Shown here: positions 25,511-39,076 of the stretch, one piece after another
Layout: each line of letters opens with the position of its first letter
How positions within the stretch are numbered: the stretch's first letter is position 1
Assembly (NCBI GenBank): GCA_904063045.1
Contig: CAJFCJ010000006.1
Location: 868,001 to 932,000 of the forward strand
Source of the DNA: Dimorphilus gyrociliatus
Lineage: Eukaryota; Animalia; Annelida
Direction of reading: 5' to 3'
Length of the DNA stretch: 64,000 nucleotides
The notes under the pieces: generated by a model
Seen by the model: only the letters and a program-made list of their open reading frames with translations
Told to the model about the DNA's origin: nothing
The model's database searches: none
Made by a program: the position numbers and the translations under genes

Positions 25511-26176
25511 ATGTTGAGTAAGAGGAAGACAAGGAAAAAAGTAAATAATTTACATTATTTCTTAGTAACTAGAAATTATTTGACTACGTAACTATTACCT
25601 AAAGTTAATTATAGCAAATAACAACATCTATAATACAGTATATACAGTATATTCAGTATTTGTTTTCTCTATTAGAACAGTCTACAAAATGCAAGCTCAG
25701 ACAATTCATCAAAGAATCAGTCAATTGTGCCTGTAAATGATAAGAGAAGATTAACAAGAACGACTTTTCTGTCGACAAATGGAACTTCTACTTTTCCTTT
25801 TTCATTAGGGATACAAAAGAGATTCGAAAACAATTACAGAATGTCACCTGTGGAGAATGATACTTTCAACAGCACTGGAGTAAGAAAAGTTATAAGGGAA
25901 GTTTTGGAAAATAACTTGAAAGGTGCCATGTACGAAAGGCAGGCTGGAGAGAGATTAAGGAGATTAACTGGCACTTTGAAGGATAATTTGAAAGAAGTTA
26001 TCGGATCGAGATACAAAATCATATGTTGGGTTGTATTGGGTCAAGATGCTTCACAAGGTCTAATAGCCGGATCTAGATGCCTTTGGTACAAGGAAACGGA
26101 TCATTTTGTCTCGGAATCTTTCAAAGTAAATAATATATTTGCTGTTGCTGTTGTTTATGGCATATATTGCGAATAA
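25511..26176 (+). CDS. Tctex-1 domain dynein light chain (TCTEX1D-like), 2 exons
   Basis: FENNYRMSP...VIREVLENNL...LKEVIGSRYKIICWVVLGQDASQGLIAGSRCLWYKETDHF...FAVAVVYGIYCE. Putative first exon 25511-25540 (MLSKRKTRKK) splices in phase 0 to 25676. Confidence 0.88.
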
Positions 26177-26829
26177 AATACATAAAACAGATTAAGAACA
26201 TTAAAACGGAAAAAATGTGAAGCAATCACAAAATATCAACCAATAAACAGTATTTATTGTATTACTAGAATTGTGTAACAAAAGTACTGAACTTTAATAC
26301 TGACGTATTCAATGGTAATTTTTTTATTCTATATTTGAAATACTTTTACAATATCTAGATTTTCATATTAGGATGGACTTTGTATTAGCAAAGATATCTA
26401 AATGGTATTTATTAATGTTTCCACTTATGTTCTTAATTATAGAATAAGTAAGTTAGAAAACATCTAATTATCATTTGTACAAAGTACTACACATGTTTAT
26501 TATACCTTTATACTTTTGATAAACAACAAGAAAAAGTTAAAACAAGAGCATTCGAATATGATAAAAAGAAAAACTCTAATTAAATAGTATAGGTCGAGTT
26601 GTTTGACCCTAAAAATAGGACAAACATACTGAAAGTATACAAAATCTTTTGTTACAGCGCCACAGGAGAACGCTAAGTGTACTATTAGTGAATGTTAAGC
26701 ATTTCAAATTACGTTTAAGCCCAGAAATAGAAAATTTTCATATAAATTCATTACAAATGCTTTAAAATACCATTAAATTGCTATGTAACAACTTTATTAC
26801 TATTTGATTTATATAGTAAAATGCGTTAA

Positions 26830-28392
26830 TTAAGAAGAAACTGATTCAACTATTTCTAGTAAACGTTCCATTTTATCAGCTTGTTTCAATTTTCTAATTA
26901 GATAGTCAAATTCCTCTGTTCCATTCATTATTTCATGAATATTGTAGCAAGTTAGTCCTATTCTATGATCAGTAATACGATCTTGAGGAAAATTATATGT
27001 TCTTATCTTTTCATTTCTGGATGACGTTCCTATTTGTAATTTCCGTGAGCTTTTCGTTGCAGTCAATTGCTTTACAAATTCTTTCTCAAATAATCTATTC
27101 AAAAAAGAGATTTCCTACTGTAAAGAGAGAACGCTTAATCAATAATATATACAACACACCTTGAACGGAGCACCTTCAAAGCAATTTCTTTGTTGCGTAA
27201 AAGTGACCTTTCACTTTGGCATTCAACAGACATACCTATAACAATTCGTGGGTGGGAAAGATAATTATCAATCTTAGCTAACCTAAATGAAAAATACCTG
27301 TAGGTAAATGAACTACTCGACAGGCGCTTTCTGTTTTATTGACATGTTGTCCTCCTTTACCACTGGCTCTAAACGTATCTATTCTCAAGTCAGAATGGTT
27401 GATATTTATTTCGATTTCACTAGGTTCTGGAAGAACTGCAACTGTTGCTGTACTTGTATGCATTCGTCCAGATTTCTCAGTTTTGGGAACCCGTTGAACT
27501 CTGTGAACTCCGCCCTCGAATTTTAAATGACTAAATACTTGAAATCCACTTATGGTAGCACTGGCTTTTCTCACTCCTCCTATAGTTTATTTTGTAAATC
27601 AAATTACCAAAAAAAAGCGGAGAGAATGAACTTATAGACTACCTCCAATACTTATATCATAATTAATAGGAGAAAAATTCCAAGATTTATGCATGGCATA
27701 ATTGGTATACATATCAAATATTTCTGCAGCGAAGAGCATAGCCTCCTGACCTCCAACTCCAGCAGTTACTTCTAAAATTGTATTCGTGTTATCAATCCGT
27801 TCTGGTGGCGTTAAGAGTTCAATAATCTATAAAGGAAGCAAACAGTAAAACCTTGAATATTTGTAAAGGAAATGAAAACTCCTCTTCCCCTACATTATTT
27901 TCTAAATTTTCACTTGTTTCTGATACTTCCATTATATCTGATTCAATAAGTAACTTTAATTCTGAGTCTGTTTCCTTATCTAAAATAAAAAGATGAGATA
28001 CAAAATATAATATTCTTTATAACACATGGAGTTTAATTACCATGCAGCATTCTATTTAATTCCGATATATCGTTACATTTCTCCAAGTAGTCGTTATATA
28101 AATTGACAATGTTTTCATGTTTTATCTGAGTGCTTTTATATTCATCCATTTCATGATCTGATAAATTACCTTCGCATAACTTTTTTGACGCAATGTCATA
28201 TTCTTCTTTCAGTTTGTTCAGAAAAAGGCCTAAATTACCTTTCAGAGATAATAATTTAGAGGCAAAAAATCTGACGCTTTGTCTAGAATTCTTTGAGATT
28301 ATTGAGTGATTAGCTTTTGATTTCGAGGAACTTAGTAAGGAATAGCATCGTACAATGTTCGAAAACACTAGGCGAGAAGATGACATTATCAC
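26830..28392 (-). CDS. MTRF1L: Mitochondrial peptide chain release factor 1-like (mtRF1a)
   Basis: [32 protein letters not shown] (PxT motif), [16 protein letters not shown] (GGQ) and [20 protein letters not shown], with an N-terminal mitochondrial-presequence-like segment. Confidence 0.93.
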
Positions 28393-28996
28393 TCAATGTT
28401 AGAAAGTACTACCTAAAAAGGCAAAGAAGACAAATTAATCATTGATAATCTCATTCTTATCCTTGAAAATTGAAATACTTTATGGTTTGTTTTAAAAATT
28501 ACTATTATATATACGTTATTTAAGATTTCTAGTCGACCTCAAGCACATTTTGATAAACCAGTTTTTTTTAATAGTATTCGTAATGTTTTGCATATGAGCT
28601 TGTGTCAAACTTTTTTTTCTATTATCTTTACATCACTAATCTTAGTTCTTTTTTAACAAATTAGCACTTTAACTTAAAACATTTTAATTTTTAATTTGTT
28701 TCATGTAAAAAAAACTGTCTTTTTAATGAAACATTCGATAAAACCGTAATATTTCCATTTACACCATCTTATAAGTATTAAATAATTGTTAACTATTTAA
28801 AGTACCTAAGATTTTATGATTGATAGAATAAGAATTAGGAAAATATTCTGCTATCATTTGACAATATTTTTGAGACATATTACAAACAGTTATTAGACTC
28901 CAATAATTTGTTCGAATATGTCACGCCATAGCAGCAATCAAATATTGCATAGTAGTTGCACGTTGGAGAAACTAGACGTTTTCAACATTAAAAATT

Positions 28997-31862
28997 ATGC
29001 TAGGTGCTCAAAATCTATCTATCTATTTGTTACGTTTGATTCGTGGGACTAGATATGGTTTCAGATCTTCTTGGGAAAAAAATTTTGCTAGAAGATGTAA
29101 AAACAGTTATGTACCGGCTGTTCATTTTCGCTCATTCCATCAAAATTCTTGGAAAAGAGCTTCTTTTTTCTCCTACAATTTTGCAGCAATATTTGGTTCG
29201 ACTCACATATTGTTAAAATGTCAAAATGATATAAATTCAGCTAAAGGTGATTTATTAACTCTCATTGACATTTTTCTGTATACTATTAACTGCTTATTCC
29301 TACAGTTAAAGAATTGTTAGATGCGTCTAAATTGAATGACAGTAATACAATTAAAAGGTGTGATAGTTAATGAAAAATACCATTTTATAAAACTTTTACG
29401 ATTTAGGTTGATTGACGAAGGAGTAGATATCAACAGTACGCATCCTCTTGGTTGGACATCTTTGCATGTTGCAACTATTAACAAAAATAAAGAGTAAGCT
29501 ATACATAAATGAATTTGTATGATATATACATTTAAAGATAACTAATTGAAAAAGAGAGTTCTCTAAATTTGATAATTTCTAGGGTACTTAGGATTTTACT
29601 TAAACAAAAAGCAGACCCGAACATAGGAGATCAATTTACTAATGCATTTGAAACTGCTAAGAGAAAAAATCTTCACTACTTGAGAGGTTAACTCACTTAT
29701 TTACGAATGTTTATTCTATAATCTACTATATTTTATAATTTCTTATTTTAGTGTTGATGTCTCGAGAGGATGAGTTTAGTAACCGGCTTAATAATAGGGC
29801 TTCCTTTAAGGGATGTACTGCTTTACATTATGCAGTTTTAGTGAATGATAAAGATATTGTTGAAATGCTTTTGAATGCGGGTAATAATTTGTAATAAATG
29901 AATAGACTATGTAAAAAAAATTTCTTTATTTCAGGTGCTGATCCAACCCTGGAAAATGATTTGGGTCATTCACCTTTAGCATATGCAGGTTCAGCTCCAA
30001 TAAAACAATTGTTGGAAGATTCTTCTAAAAAGGTTTGAATAGTAAACGTTTTCTCTTCCATTAGTTTATATTTACGTATGTCATGCTTTCAGTTTATTAA
30101 TTTGAAAAAGAAAAAGGAGGCTGAAGAAAGATGTAGATTTCCTATTGAGCAGAGATTAAAAGAAAATATAGTCGGACAAGAAGGAGCTATTTCAGCTGTT
30201 GCTTCTGGTAGGTCTTTTGTTTTCAAACTTTGCAGCTAAGTACTGAAATTTTATTCTATCAGCTATAAGGAGAAAAGAGAATGAATGGTATGATGAAGAT
30301 CATCCTTTAGTATTCTTGTTTCTCGGTTCATCCGGCATAGGTAAAAGCATTATAATTTGAAAATAGGCATAGGTATTTTTACTGAGTATGTATGTATGAA
30401 AAGGTAAGACTGAATTGGCCAAACAAATTTCTAAATATCTACATAAAGATGCCAAAAGAGCTTTTATACGATTCGACATGTCGGAATATCAAGAAAAGCA
30501 TGAAGTATTTATTTTACTTGTGAGAAATATACCCTTAAAAGTTTATTTGAATCTTTAGGTAGCAAAATTTATAGGATCACCGCCTGGCTATATAGGACAT
30601 GACGAAGGGGGACAACTCACAAAAAAATTGCAAGAATCTCCCAATGCTGTTATCCTCTTTGATGAAATAGATAAAGCCCATACAGACGTTTTAACTATCA
30701 TGCTTCAGTTATTTGACGAGGTTTATTTACTTTGGTCTTGTTAAATTATAAAAGATAAAAAAAATTTCTATTTACCTAGGGACGATTAACGGATGGTAAA
30801 GGTAAAACTGTTGAATGTAAAGACGCAATATTTATTATGACTTCAAATTTGGCAAGTGACCAAATTGCTGATTACGGTATGCAATTAAGAGAGGAACAAA
30901 GACAAAGATATCAAGACAAACGAAAAGTAAGATTATCGTCAATATATATTATCTTATATCCCATTAATTTTATACCGTTTACAGAATGAACAAAATGAAA
31001 TTATCGAGAAAGTGACTGTATCAAAGCAATTTAAAGATACTGTTATAAAACCTATTTTAAAGGTTGGCAAATTTACTATTATCGTATCCTTATGTCAATA
31101 TGAATAGGATTTTCTTAATGCAAGTATAATATACAGTAAAATAAGCATTTAAAACCTGTAATCCATAACTATTCTATAATATTTCGTCACAAAGGAATAA
31201 AGACGCTTTTCTAAAACGGCTTTTGTTTATGGCAAAAAGATATAGATTAAATTACAATTTTATTCTATTCTTTGTAAACAGAGACATTTTAAAAGAGATG
31301 AATTCCTTGGACGAATTAATGAAATAGTATACTTCCTACCTTTTTCCCGTTCAGAATTAATAAAATTAGTCACAAAGGAGCTGGAATTTTGGGCAAAAAA
31401 GGTTTCTAATTATAATTTTTTGCTGAAATGTTTTTTTTTTTGCAATTCTCAACTTTATCTCAGTTTTAATCCTATTATAGGCTAAAGAAAGGCATAATAT
31501 TACTTTACTTTGGGATCGTCAAGTGCTTGACATTCTTGCCGATGGTTACGACGTGAATTATGGTGCTAGATCCATAAAACACGAAGTAAATGGTTTTTAA
31601 TATTTGTTTAAATTTCGATTATCCTTTTATAAAAACCAATTAGGTGGAAAGAAGAGTGGTGAGTCAATTAGCTCTAGCTCACGAAAAGCAGGCAATATCA
31701 AAAGGCTCAACCTTAAAATTAACAGCAACAAGACCAAGTGAAAATGATGAATTGACCAAAGATATAGAAAAAGAGGCTGGTGTACCATTAATAAAAATAC
31801 AGAAAATGGAAGAAAAAGGAAAAAAATACATAGATATCGAACTTGATACACATTCTTTCTGA
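28997..31862 (+). CDS. CLPB: Mitochondrial ankyrin-AAA+ disaggregase CLPB/Skd3 (multi-exon)
   Basis: Ankyrin repeats ([24 protein letters not shown]), Walker [44 protein letters not shown], Walker [16 protein letters not shown] and [14 protein letters not shown]. Confidence 0.95.
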
Positions 31863-32447
31863 TAATCTTTTAATATGTGAATACAATAATAACTTATTTA
31901 AAAAGATTATGTACCATTACGAAAGATTATACTTTATAAGAATATAATTATACTATGCGTTTCCCTTTCTCTTAAAGATGGATTATAGTTGAAAAATTTC
32001 AATTTAATCCAGACTTACCCACAGATGTTTCCTATTAATAAAGTTTAAGTACTAATGGATAAAACATTAAAAGATAAAATCAACAAAGCCCGAAAAATTA
32101 AATGCCTGAAGAGCCACGTGTAGAGGATATTGTTAATATGCGTAAAGTTGTTAACCAACAGATTAGCTTTTAGATTAAATGATATGATATTTATGATAAT
32201 TCGATTACATACCATATAAGATATAACAAGTATTTACAGTATTTCTTTGGCGTTTCAGATACTATGCAATTCGTATAAATTTGTAATTTTTTGTATTTTT
32301 TTAAACGGTTTTTAAAATGGCTTTTTCATCAATAACAAATAAAGTTTACGTTCACAATATTTTTTCATAGAAAAACTAATTTTTAGCAAGAACATCAGTA
32401 CTTTTTTCTTTTTGTATACAACACATAATCTCTGAGTATAAGAACAA

Positions 32448-33062
32448 TTAGGTGAGAAGTTTTGATGTCTCATGAACATCGTCAGTATGATCGAGTAGTT
32501 TTGAAGTGTCAGCTTCATTTTCCTCCTCCAATTCTGGAATGTATACGCGAGTCACCCCGGGAGCGGCTCTTGATTGTATTTGTTCGTGGTGTTCTAATAA
32601 ACAAGAGCATCTCTCAAACCCTGCTGATAGGGCAGTATCTTTTGGCAAAACTTTATCAAAATCCGGTATTGAAACGTCCGCTCCTGAATCCAATAAACAA
32701 CGAACAATTTCTAATTCTCCCCGACCAGCCGCCATATGAAGAGGAGTTTTCCCATCTTGTTTTGACTTTTCATCCGGCTTGGCGCCAAACAAGAGTAGCA
32801 ATTGAACAATATCTGTCTTTCCTGACAGGACAGCATAATGAAGTGGTGTAAGTCCTTTTTTTGTTTTGAAATTCACATTAGCCCCTTTTGAAAGTAACAT
32901 TTTGGCTACGTTAACTTCGCCTGCTCGAGATACTATGTGAAGAGCCCGTAGACCGAATCCTTCGGACTGACTAACTGAGAGATCATCTTGTAATAATTCA
33001 CTTTCGATTATATGCCTGTACTGAGAGAGAGCTTCAATTTCATTATCACTTAATCTATCCAT
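32448..33062 (-). CDS. Single-exon ankyrin repeat protein (about 3 repeats)
   Basis: GLRALHIVSRAG, GLTPLHYAVLSG and GKTPLHMAAGRG repeats in a 204-aa ORF. Confidence 0.88.
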   Translation of the reverse strand: MDRLSDNEIEALSQYRHIIESELLQDDLSVSQSEGFGLRALHIVSRAGEVNVAKMLLSKGANVNFKTKKGLTPLHYAVLSGKTDIVQLLLLFGAKPDEKSKQDGKTPLHMAAGRGELEIVRCLLDSGADVSIPDFDKVLPKDTALSAGFERCSCLLEHHEQIQSRAAPGVTRVYIPELEEENEADTSKLLDHTDDVHETSKLLT

Positions 33063-33135
33063 AAGTTTGTTTCGACGTCAAAACGCCGATTTAGTCGATA
33101 TTTCCTACAAATTACATGACAGTTGCGCACCTAGA

Positions 33136-33145
33136 GTCACGTGAC
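33136..33145. promoter_or_regulatory. Palindromic E-box GTCACGTGAC (CLEAR/MiT-TFE or USF type)
   Basis: Perfect 10-bp palindrome ~75 bp upstream of the ankyrin gene ATG, in a GC-enriched patch. Confidence 0.5.
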
Positions 33146-33293
33146 AGATCATTGATTATGAAGACGACAGGTAAAAAACGACCGGAGCGCTACCCTGGTG
33201 GCTCATATAAAACATACATTATACAGTATATTATTCTTATTTAATAAAACAATAATAAACAAAATTTCATTTGTGGGAATTTGATTTCATTGT

Positions 33294-36200
33294 TCAAGGT
33301 TTGGTTTGAGATTTCGATCGCTGATCTTGCAGAAGTTTCGCAAGGGGTGAAGTTTCTTTCTCATCGGAGAACATATTTTTCGAGATATCTCCACTAGATG
33401 AGGGTAACACAGAAGGAGTAGTTGCTTGGGGAAAAGATGCCATAGGCCAATTTGCAGATGATGAGGACGCTTCATTCACTTTAAAATTTTCATTCGCAGT
33501 ATTTATTGATGTTAGCCAATTGGATGTAGGAAAGAGTGAATAAGCCGATGTTGTAGTTGAAACATTTTCAGTATCATCCTTTCTGACTTCGTTTGTTTCA
33601 AAAAGCCAAATATTAGTTTTGGGTGATGAACTAATGGGTAATAAAACATTTCTTTTAATCAACAATTTCTTTCTTACTAAAAAACAAATCAAACCTCCGA
33701 CGAGCAGTTCCAATAGCAGTAGACATGCGATTTTCTAGTCGCTGAAACACGTATTACCATTTAAAATGTTATAATGCCTAATAAGTTTAAACAAAACTAG
33801 TGGATCATGCAAGATACGAAAAAAACAACAAAGCTACTTTTGATTTTTAACTGATCAACATATTCAGAAATAAAAAGAACCATTGTGCACACCTGACATT
33901 TATCATCAATACGAGTTCTGAAAGGAGGCAGAGGAAGAGGTATCTGTCATCATGACATGCATAAAACCACCGCAAAAAAAAGTAATAATAACAACAAATC
34001 AATGTGCAATTTTCCTACATACTCACTGTTCCCATCCACCGCTTTATATTTAATCTTACCTCTGATGAAACTGCCTCGCTAGCACCATCAGGATCGGCTT
34101 GAATCGCAACTGTTTGCTTACTTTGTTCAATATCTCCTTCAACCACCTTACAATATTTTATAGCAGGCACTGAGAACTGATATTTCGTACCATTTATCAT
34201 CTCATACGTAAGAATCGTTAAGGATGGATGTTTATCACATATAGCAAGACCAATTTCAACTAAACGAGTGCACCGTAATCGCATCTGCATTTCCTTGGCA
34301 TTTTCAATTCCTCTCCAAGTTTTTGTAAAATCAAGAGGCCTATTGAAAATTAAGTTATTATCTATAATTTACCTAAGATAAACAGTAAAATACTAACTTC
34401 ATGCATTCAGTTAAAGGCATAAAACATTGTAAATCGAAGTCCTCCTCCAGGGGATATTTTTCAACTGAAGAAAGCAAAATTAAAACAGTGAAAACCCTAT
34501 TTATTAAACAATTAAAATTTATTTTGTAAGAGTAAGAATTCATACATTCAGCTTTTTCTGAATCGCTATCGGTTTTAAAGCAGAATTGTAAACAATTTAA
34601 GAGTTTACTTAAGTCCTTCCATATTCTATATACAGAATTGAAATTCGTATTAATTTATTATACGGAAAAATTTAATTGGTGATCTTACGAAGATTCCTTC
34701 AATTTAGGATGTGATAGTTTATCGCTAACTGTAAGGAGCCATTCCAATGCCATCTTGATAGCAGGAAGGGAATAAAAATCTTTTACTTTGGCTTCTTGTT
34801 TAGGTATTTGAGAAAGCATATTTTCCAATATAACAACTACCAATCACAGAATAATTATTATAGAATAACCTTATTAAAACATAGTGTTTAAAAATTAAAC
34901 CTGTTAGCCAAAACGGAATTTCGCATTTGTCAGAATTTTTATCATTTGCTTCTGATTTCACTTCACTATATCTATAAATGTCTTTTTCCAATCTACGTTG
35001 AATAAAATTGATGGAGAATACGTTTATTGCAATCAATTGCAATAATTGGAATGTGCTGTTTTCGTTATGAAGGGGTTATAATTAAATAAAAGTGATCAAT
35101 AGACAATTGTTTACCTAAAAGATCCTGTTGAAATTTGATGAGATACACCATGAATTACTTTTTCTGCTAACCTCTTAGCAAGATTAAAATCTACACAAAA
35201 TATTAAAACAGATAATTAATGTTATTTGATTTGTGGCTCTTTTTACCTTTATTAAGATGGATGAGCCCGTGTAATTGAACAAAAGCATCAGCAAAATCTT
35301 TCGATGTCATTTTTTGACGAATATCAGAATTACTGAATATTAAAATAATATTATATTTGTTATAAAGATAAAATAAAATTTTATCTACATTTCATCCGAA
35401 TATTTGTGATACACTTTCTCCAAGTTGTTTATCGCAACTCTAAATGGGTATTTTAATGCCAATGATCTTACATGATAAAATACTGTTAAAAGCTTATTTC
35501 CAGACTGTGAAGCTAATATAGCTAATTGGTTAAAAGGTTGACCTAAGAAAAAAATATTTAATATGTATTGGCTGAAAATAAAACATTTATAGCTTACCGC
35601 TTGATGGTACAACTGTTATAGCATGACGATAATAAGTTTCCGCTTGATTAGCCTGATGCCTATAGCGAGCTTTTAAGTTGGAAACACATTAGAGTGAAAA
35701 ATTAAATTTTCTTCAAAAACCTATATTACCTATATCTCCAAGATGGACTAAACAATGCTGACATAAAATCATTACTGAGCTTTTTGCAACATTTTTACCT
35801 TTATGTTGGCGGTGACCTGGAAAATTTTCATCTGAGCAATAGTTCAATGGTAACAATATTTTTTCTACCTAAAGTATACATATCTAAAACTGATGGAGTC
35901 ATGAACGGCAAATTAACGCGAAATGTGTGGCAAAGAGTCAGTAACAGTTGTGTGTAGAAGCCGCTGGCAGCTTCTAAGAACAAGTTGAGAGTTGCTTGCA
36001 TTTCAATTCTTTTTGGATTCTGTGTTAGAAGGCGTTTTAGTCTATATTAAATAGATATCAGAGTATAGACATACGGATTTATTCTTGGTTTTCGCTTGCA
36101 GATCGTTTATATGATTTTTAAAGGCATGGGTCCATCTAAAATATATATTATCAGATAAAATTCTCAACGAATATGTAAATCTAACAATTCTTGTTCCAGT

Positions 36201-36532
36201 TTATTATCCAATGCTCTTTCTACATCCATAATGATTACTTTTTTATATAAATCTTGGAGTTCTAATCTGGCTGTATAAATCTCAAAATTTGCCGATGGCT
36301 CTGAAAAAATTTATTTATTGAAGTATATTTTACGTAATTTACTTTGTTTTACCTGACAACAACTTCTTTAGCTCCTCTACTCGTCTAAAAAAAAGTTAGC
36401 GAATTTTAAAATCCGATCGAAAATGAGAACTCGTTTCAAAATTTGCAGTTGAATATTACTAATTCTTTATTTCAAGATTATATAAACTTACTCCAAATAG
36501 ATCTTTATCGAAGATTCTTTGTGTTTCGTCAT
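33294..36532 (-). CDS. SMG7: Nonsense-mediated decay factor SMG7 (multi-exon)
   Basis: Spliced exons give LQDLYKKVIIMDVERALDNKLEQELWTHAFKNHI, QATLNLFLEAASGFYTQLL, CQHCLVHLGDIARYRHQANQAETYYRHA..PSSGQPFNQLAILAS and FADAFVQLHG, matching the SMG7 14-3-3-like domain. ATG at 36532. The 3' exons are less certain. Confidence 0.9.
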
Positions 36533-36690
36533 TCTACCGAATAGTCACAAAACTCTTCCTTAACTATTGTTTTTTGCTGCAAGAACTCCAAAACATGCAA
36601 TCTAATTCCTCAAAACTGGTAGCGCAGTCGTATTTCGGTTTAATACAATCAAATAATTGGCTACATTACTGTTATCACCAACTAAAAAAA

Positions 36691-38985
36691 ATGATTGAAC
36701 CGTTAAGCCCAAATGATCCTTCATCATTTTCTTTTCCTGACCAAGCTATAATTAATCATATACATCTAATTCTACACGTAAACTTCTCAGAAAAGCTCGT
36801 TAAAGGTTCTGCCATTCTTGATCTAGCCTGGATAACAGATAGCAATGAAAAGTTATTGGTAATTTGAAACATAATTTAAGAGTTATTTTAAAGTTTATAA
36901 TGATTATTTATATGTTCAGATTCTTGATACAAGAGACCTAAATATTATCTCAGTATTTGACGAAGATAGACAAAACACGCTAGAGTTTTCTCTTGGAGAT
37001 AAAGTTGGAGATTTTGGACAGCCTCTAACTATTAAAGTACCGCTTGATTACACAAAGAAATTGGTGATAGATTACTCTACCGCTCCTAATTCAACAGCTC
37101 TGCAATGGTTGGCTCCTGAGCAAACATCTGGCAAAAGTAAACCATACTTATTCACTCAATGTCAAGCTATCCACGCAAGAAGCCTATTACCATGCCAAGA
37201 CACTCCAGCAGTCAAATTTACCTATTCGGCCGAAATAACTGTCCCTGAGGGGCTTAAAGCATTGATGTCTGCTATACGCAATGAGGATGAGACTAATAAC
37301 TCGTCTGTATTCCGTTTTCAACAAGACATACCTATTCCATCATACCTGATCGCATTGGTGGTTGGGGACTTAGAAAGTCGTCCAATTGGACCCCGTTCTC
37401 GAGTCTGGTCAGAAAAGGAGATAATTAAGGCTGCAGAATTTGAATTTACCGGTGTAAGAACATTTTGTTGTAAAATCTGATATAAAATGTATGATTTGTG
37501 CTCTCTTTCAGACAGAAAAACTACTTGCAACTGCTGAAGACCTTATGGGGCCATATGTTTGGAAACAGTATGATTTGTTGGTTTTACCACCCAGCTTTCC
37601 TTATGGGGGTATGGAAAATCCATGCTTAACTTTTGTAACACCTACTTTACTAGCTGGTGATAGATCATTAGTCAGTGTAGTTGCTCATGAAATTGCTCAC
37701 AGCTGGACTGGTAATCTTATAACAAATAACAACCCTGAACACTTTTGGTTGAACGAAGGTCACACCGTCTTCGTGGAGAGAAAAATTTCAGGACGTTTAT
37801 ATGGAGAATCATTTAGACATTTACAGGCTATAAATGGGTGGGATGCTTTAAATGAAACAATCAACAAGGAATACAGTCCAAAGCATGAGTTCACAAAACT
37901 TGTTCCAAATCTAACGGGGGTTGATCCAGATGATGCTTTCTCTTCGGTGCCATATGAAAAAGGTTCTGCACTCCTGATGTACTTAGAAGAAAAGTTAGGA
38001 GGACCTGAGGCATTTGAACCTTTTCTTAAAGGTTATGTAAAAAGATTTCAGTACAGATCAATTAATACTAGTGACTGGAAAGCTTTCCTTTATGAATTCT
38101 TTAGTTCTAAGGTAAGAATCGATAACCCGTTTGAAGATATCATGACTTTGTGCTTTTATCGTAGCAAGATATTCTTGATCAAATTGACTGGAATGGATGG
38201 TTTAATGAACCGGGAATGCCACCAAATAAACCAACGTAAGTAAAAAAAATAATATACCAATAATTTTAATGACCTTATACTCATTCAGCTTCGACGATAC
38301 TTTGCTTAAAAAAGCATCAGATTTAGCTAATCGTTGGATATCCTGCTCTAATGATCAATTAGATGAATTTAAATGTTCAGATTTAAAAGAAATGCAACCT
38401 TTGCAAGTTAGGAAATAAGATAGAGGTGTTTTAAGGTTATATTAGTAATATATTGTTTAATTTCAGGTCAAATGCTTTTTGACTGACATTTTCAAAAAGG
38501 TTATAAATGATTCTCTTAACTCTGTAATATTTAAGTAATGGCAACTTTTTGTTTATCAGGAACCACTTTCTCATGAGAAGATTGAAAAAATGAATGAGCT
38601 TTACAATATGAGTTCAATTATAAATTCTGAAATTCGGTTCCTGTTAGCAGTAAAAAAAATCACTAAAAAGTTTAAATTAAAATATTCCATTATTTTAGAT
38701 GGCTGAGAATAGGCATTCGTGCTAAGGTAGCAAAATTTGCTGACAAAGCTTTGGAAATGGTAAACCAAGTTGGTAGAATGAAGTTTGTACGACCACTGTA
38801 TAGGTAGGCTTGTTAAAATTTGAAATATTACACTAGCCTTGACGTTACTGATAAACTTTTTCAGAGATTTGTACGAATGGGAAGATTCTAGGAGTGCAGC
38901 TATTGAAAACTTTCAGAAAATGAAAGCGCAGATGCATATTCTTACAGCCACAATGGTGGGAAAAGATTTAAAATTAATAAAATAA
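36691..38985 (+). CDS. LTA4H: Leukotriene A4 hydrolase / M1 aminopeptidase
   Basis: [38 protein letters not shown] (HExxH-18x-E), VPYEKG and [10 protein letters not shown]; stop at 38983-38985. Confidence 0.96.
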
Positions 38986-39076
38986 ATTATATGACTTGAG
39001 GTTTTAAACAAATATAAACGAATTAAATTTAAATTATGATAATCTATGTAATAGAACTCTTTTAAATTAAACAATA

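Noticed and set aside
31084-31093. GTATCCTT resembling a U12-type 5' splice site in CLPB
   Set aside because: It lies inside an intron already defined by a normal GT donor at the exon end, and using it is not needed for the reading frame.
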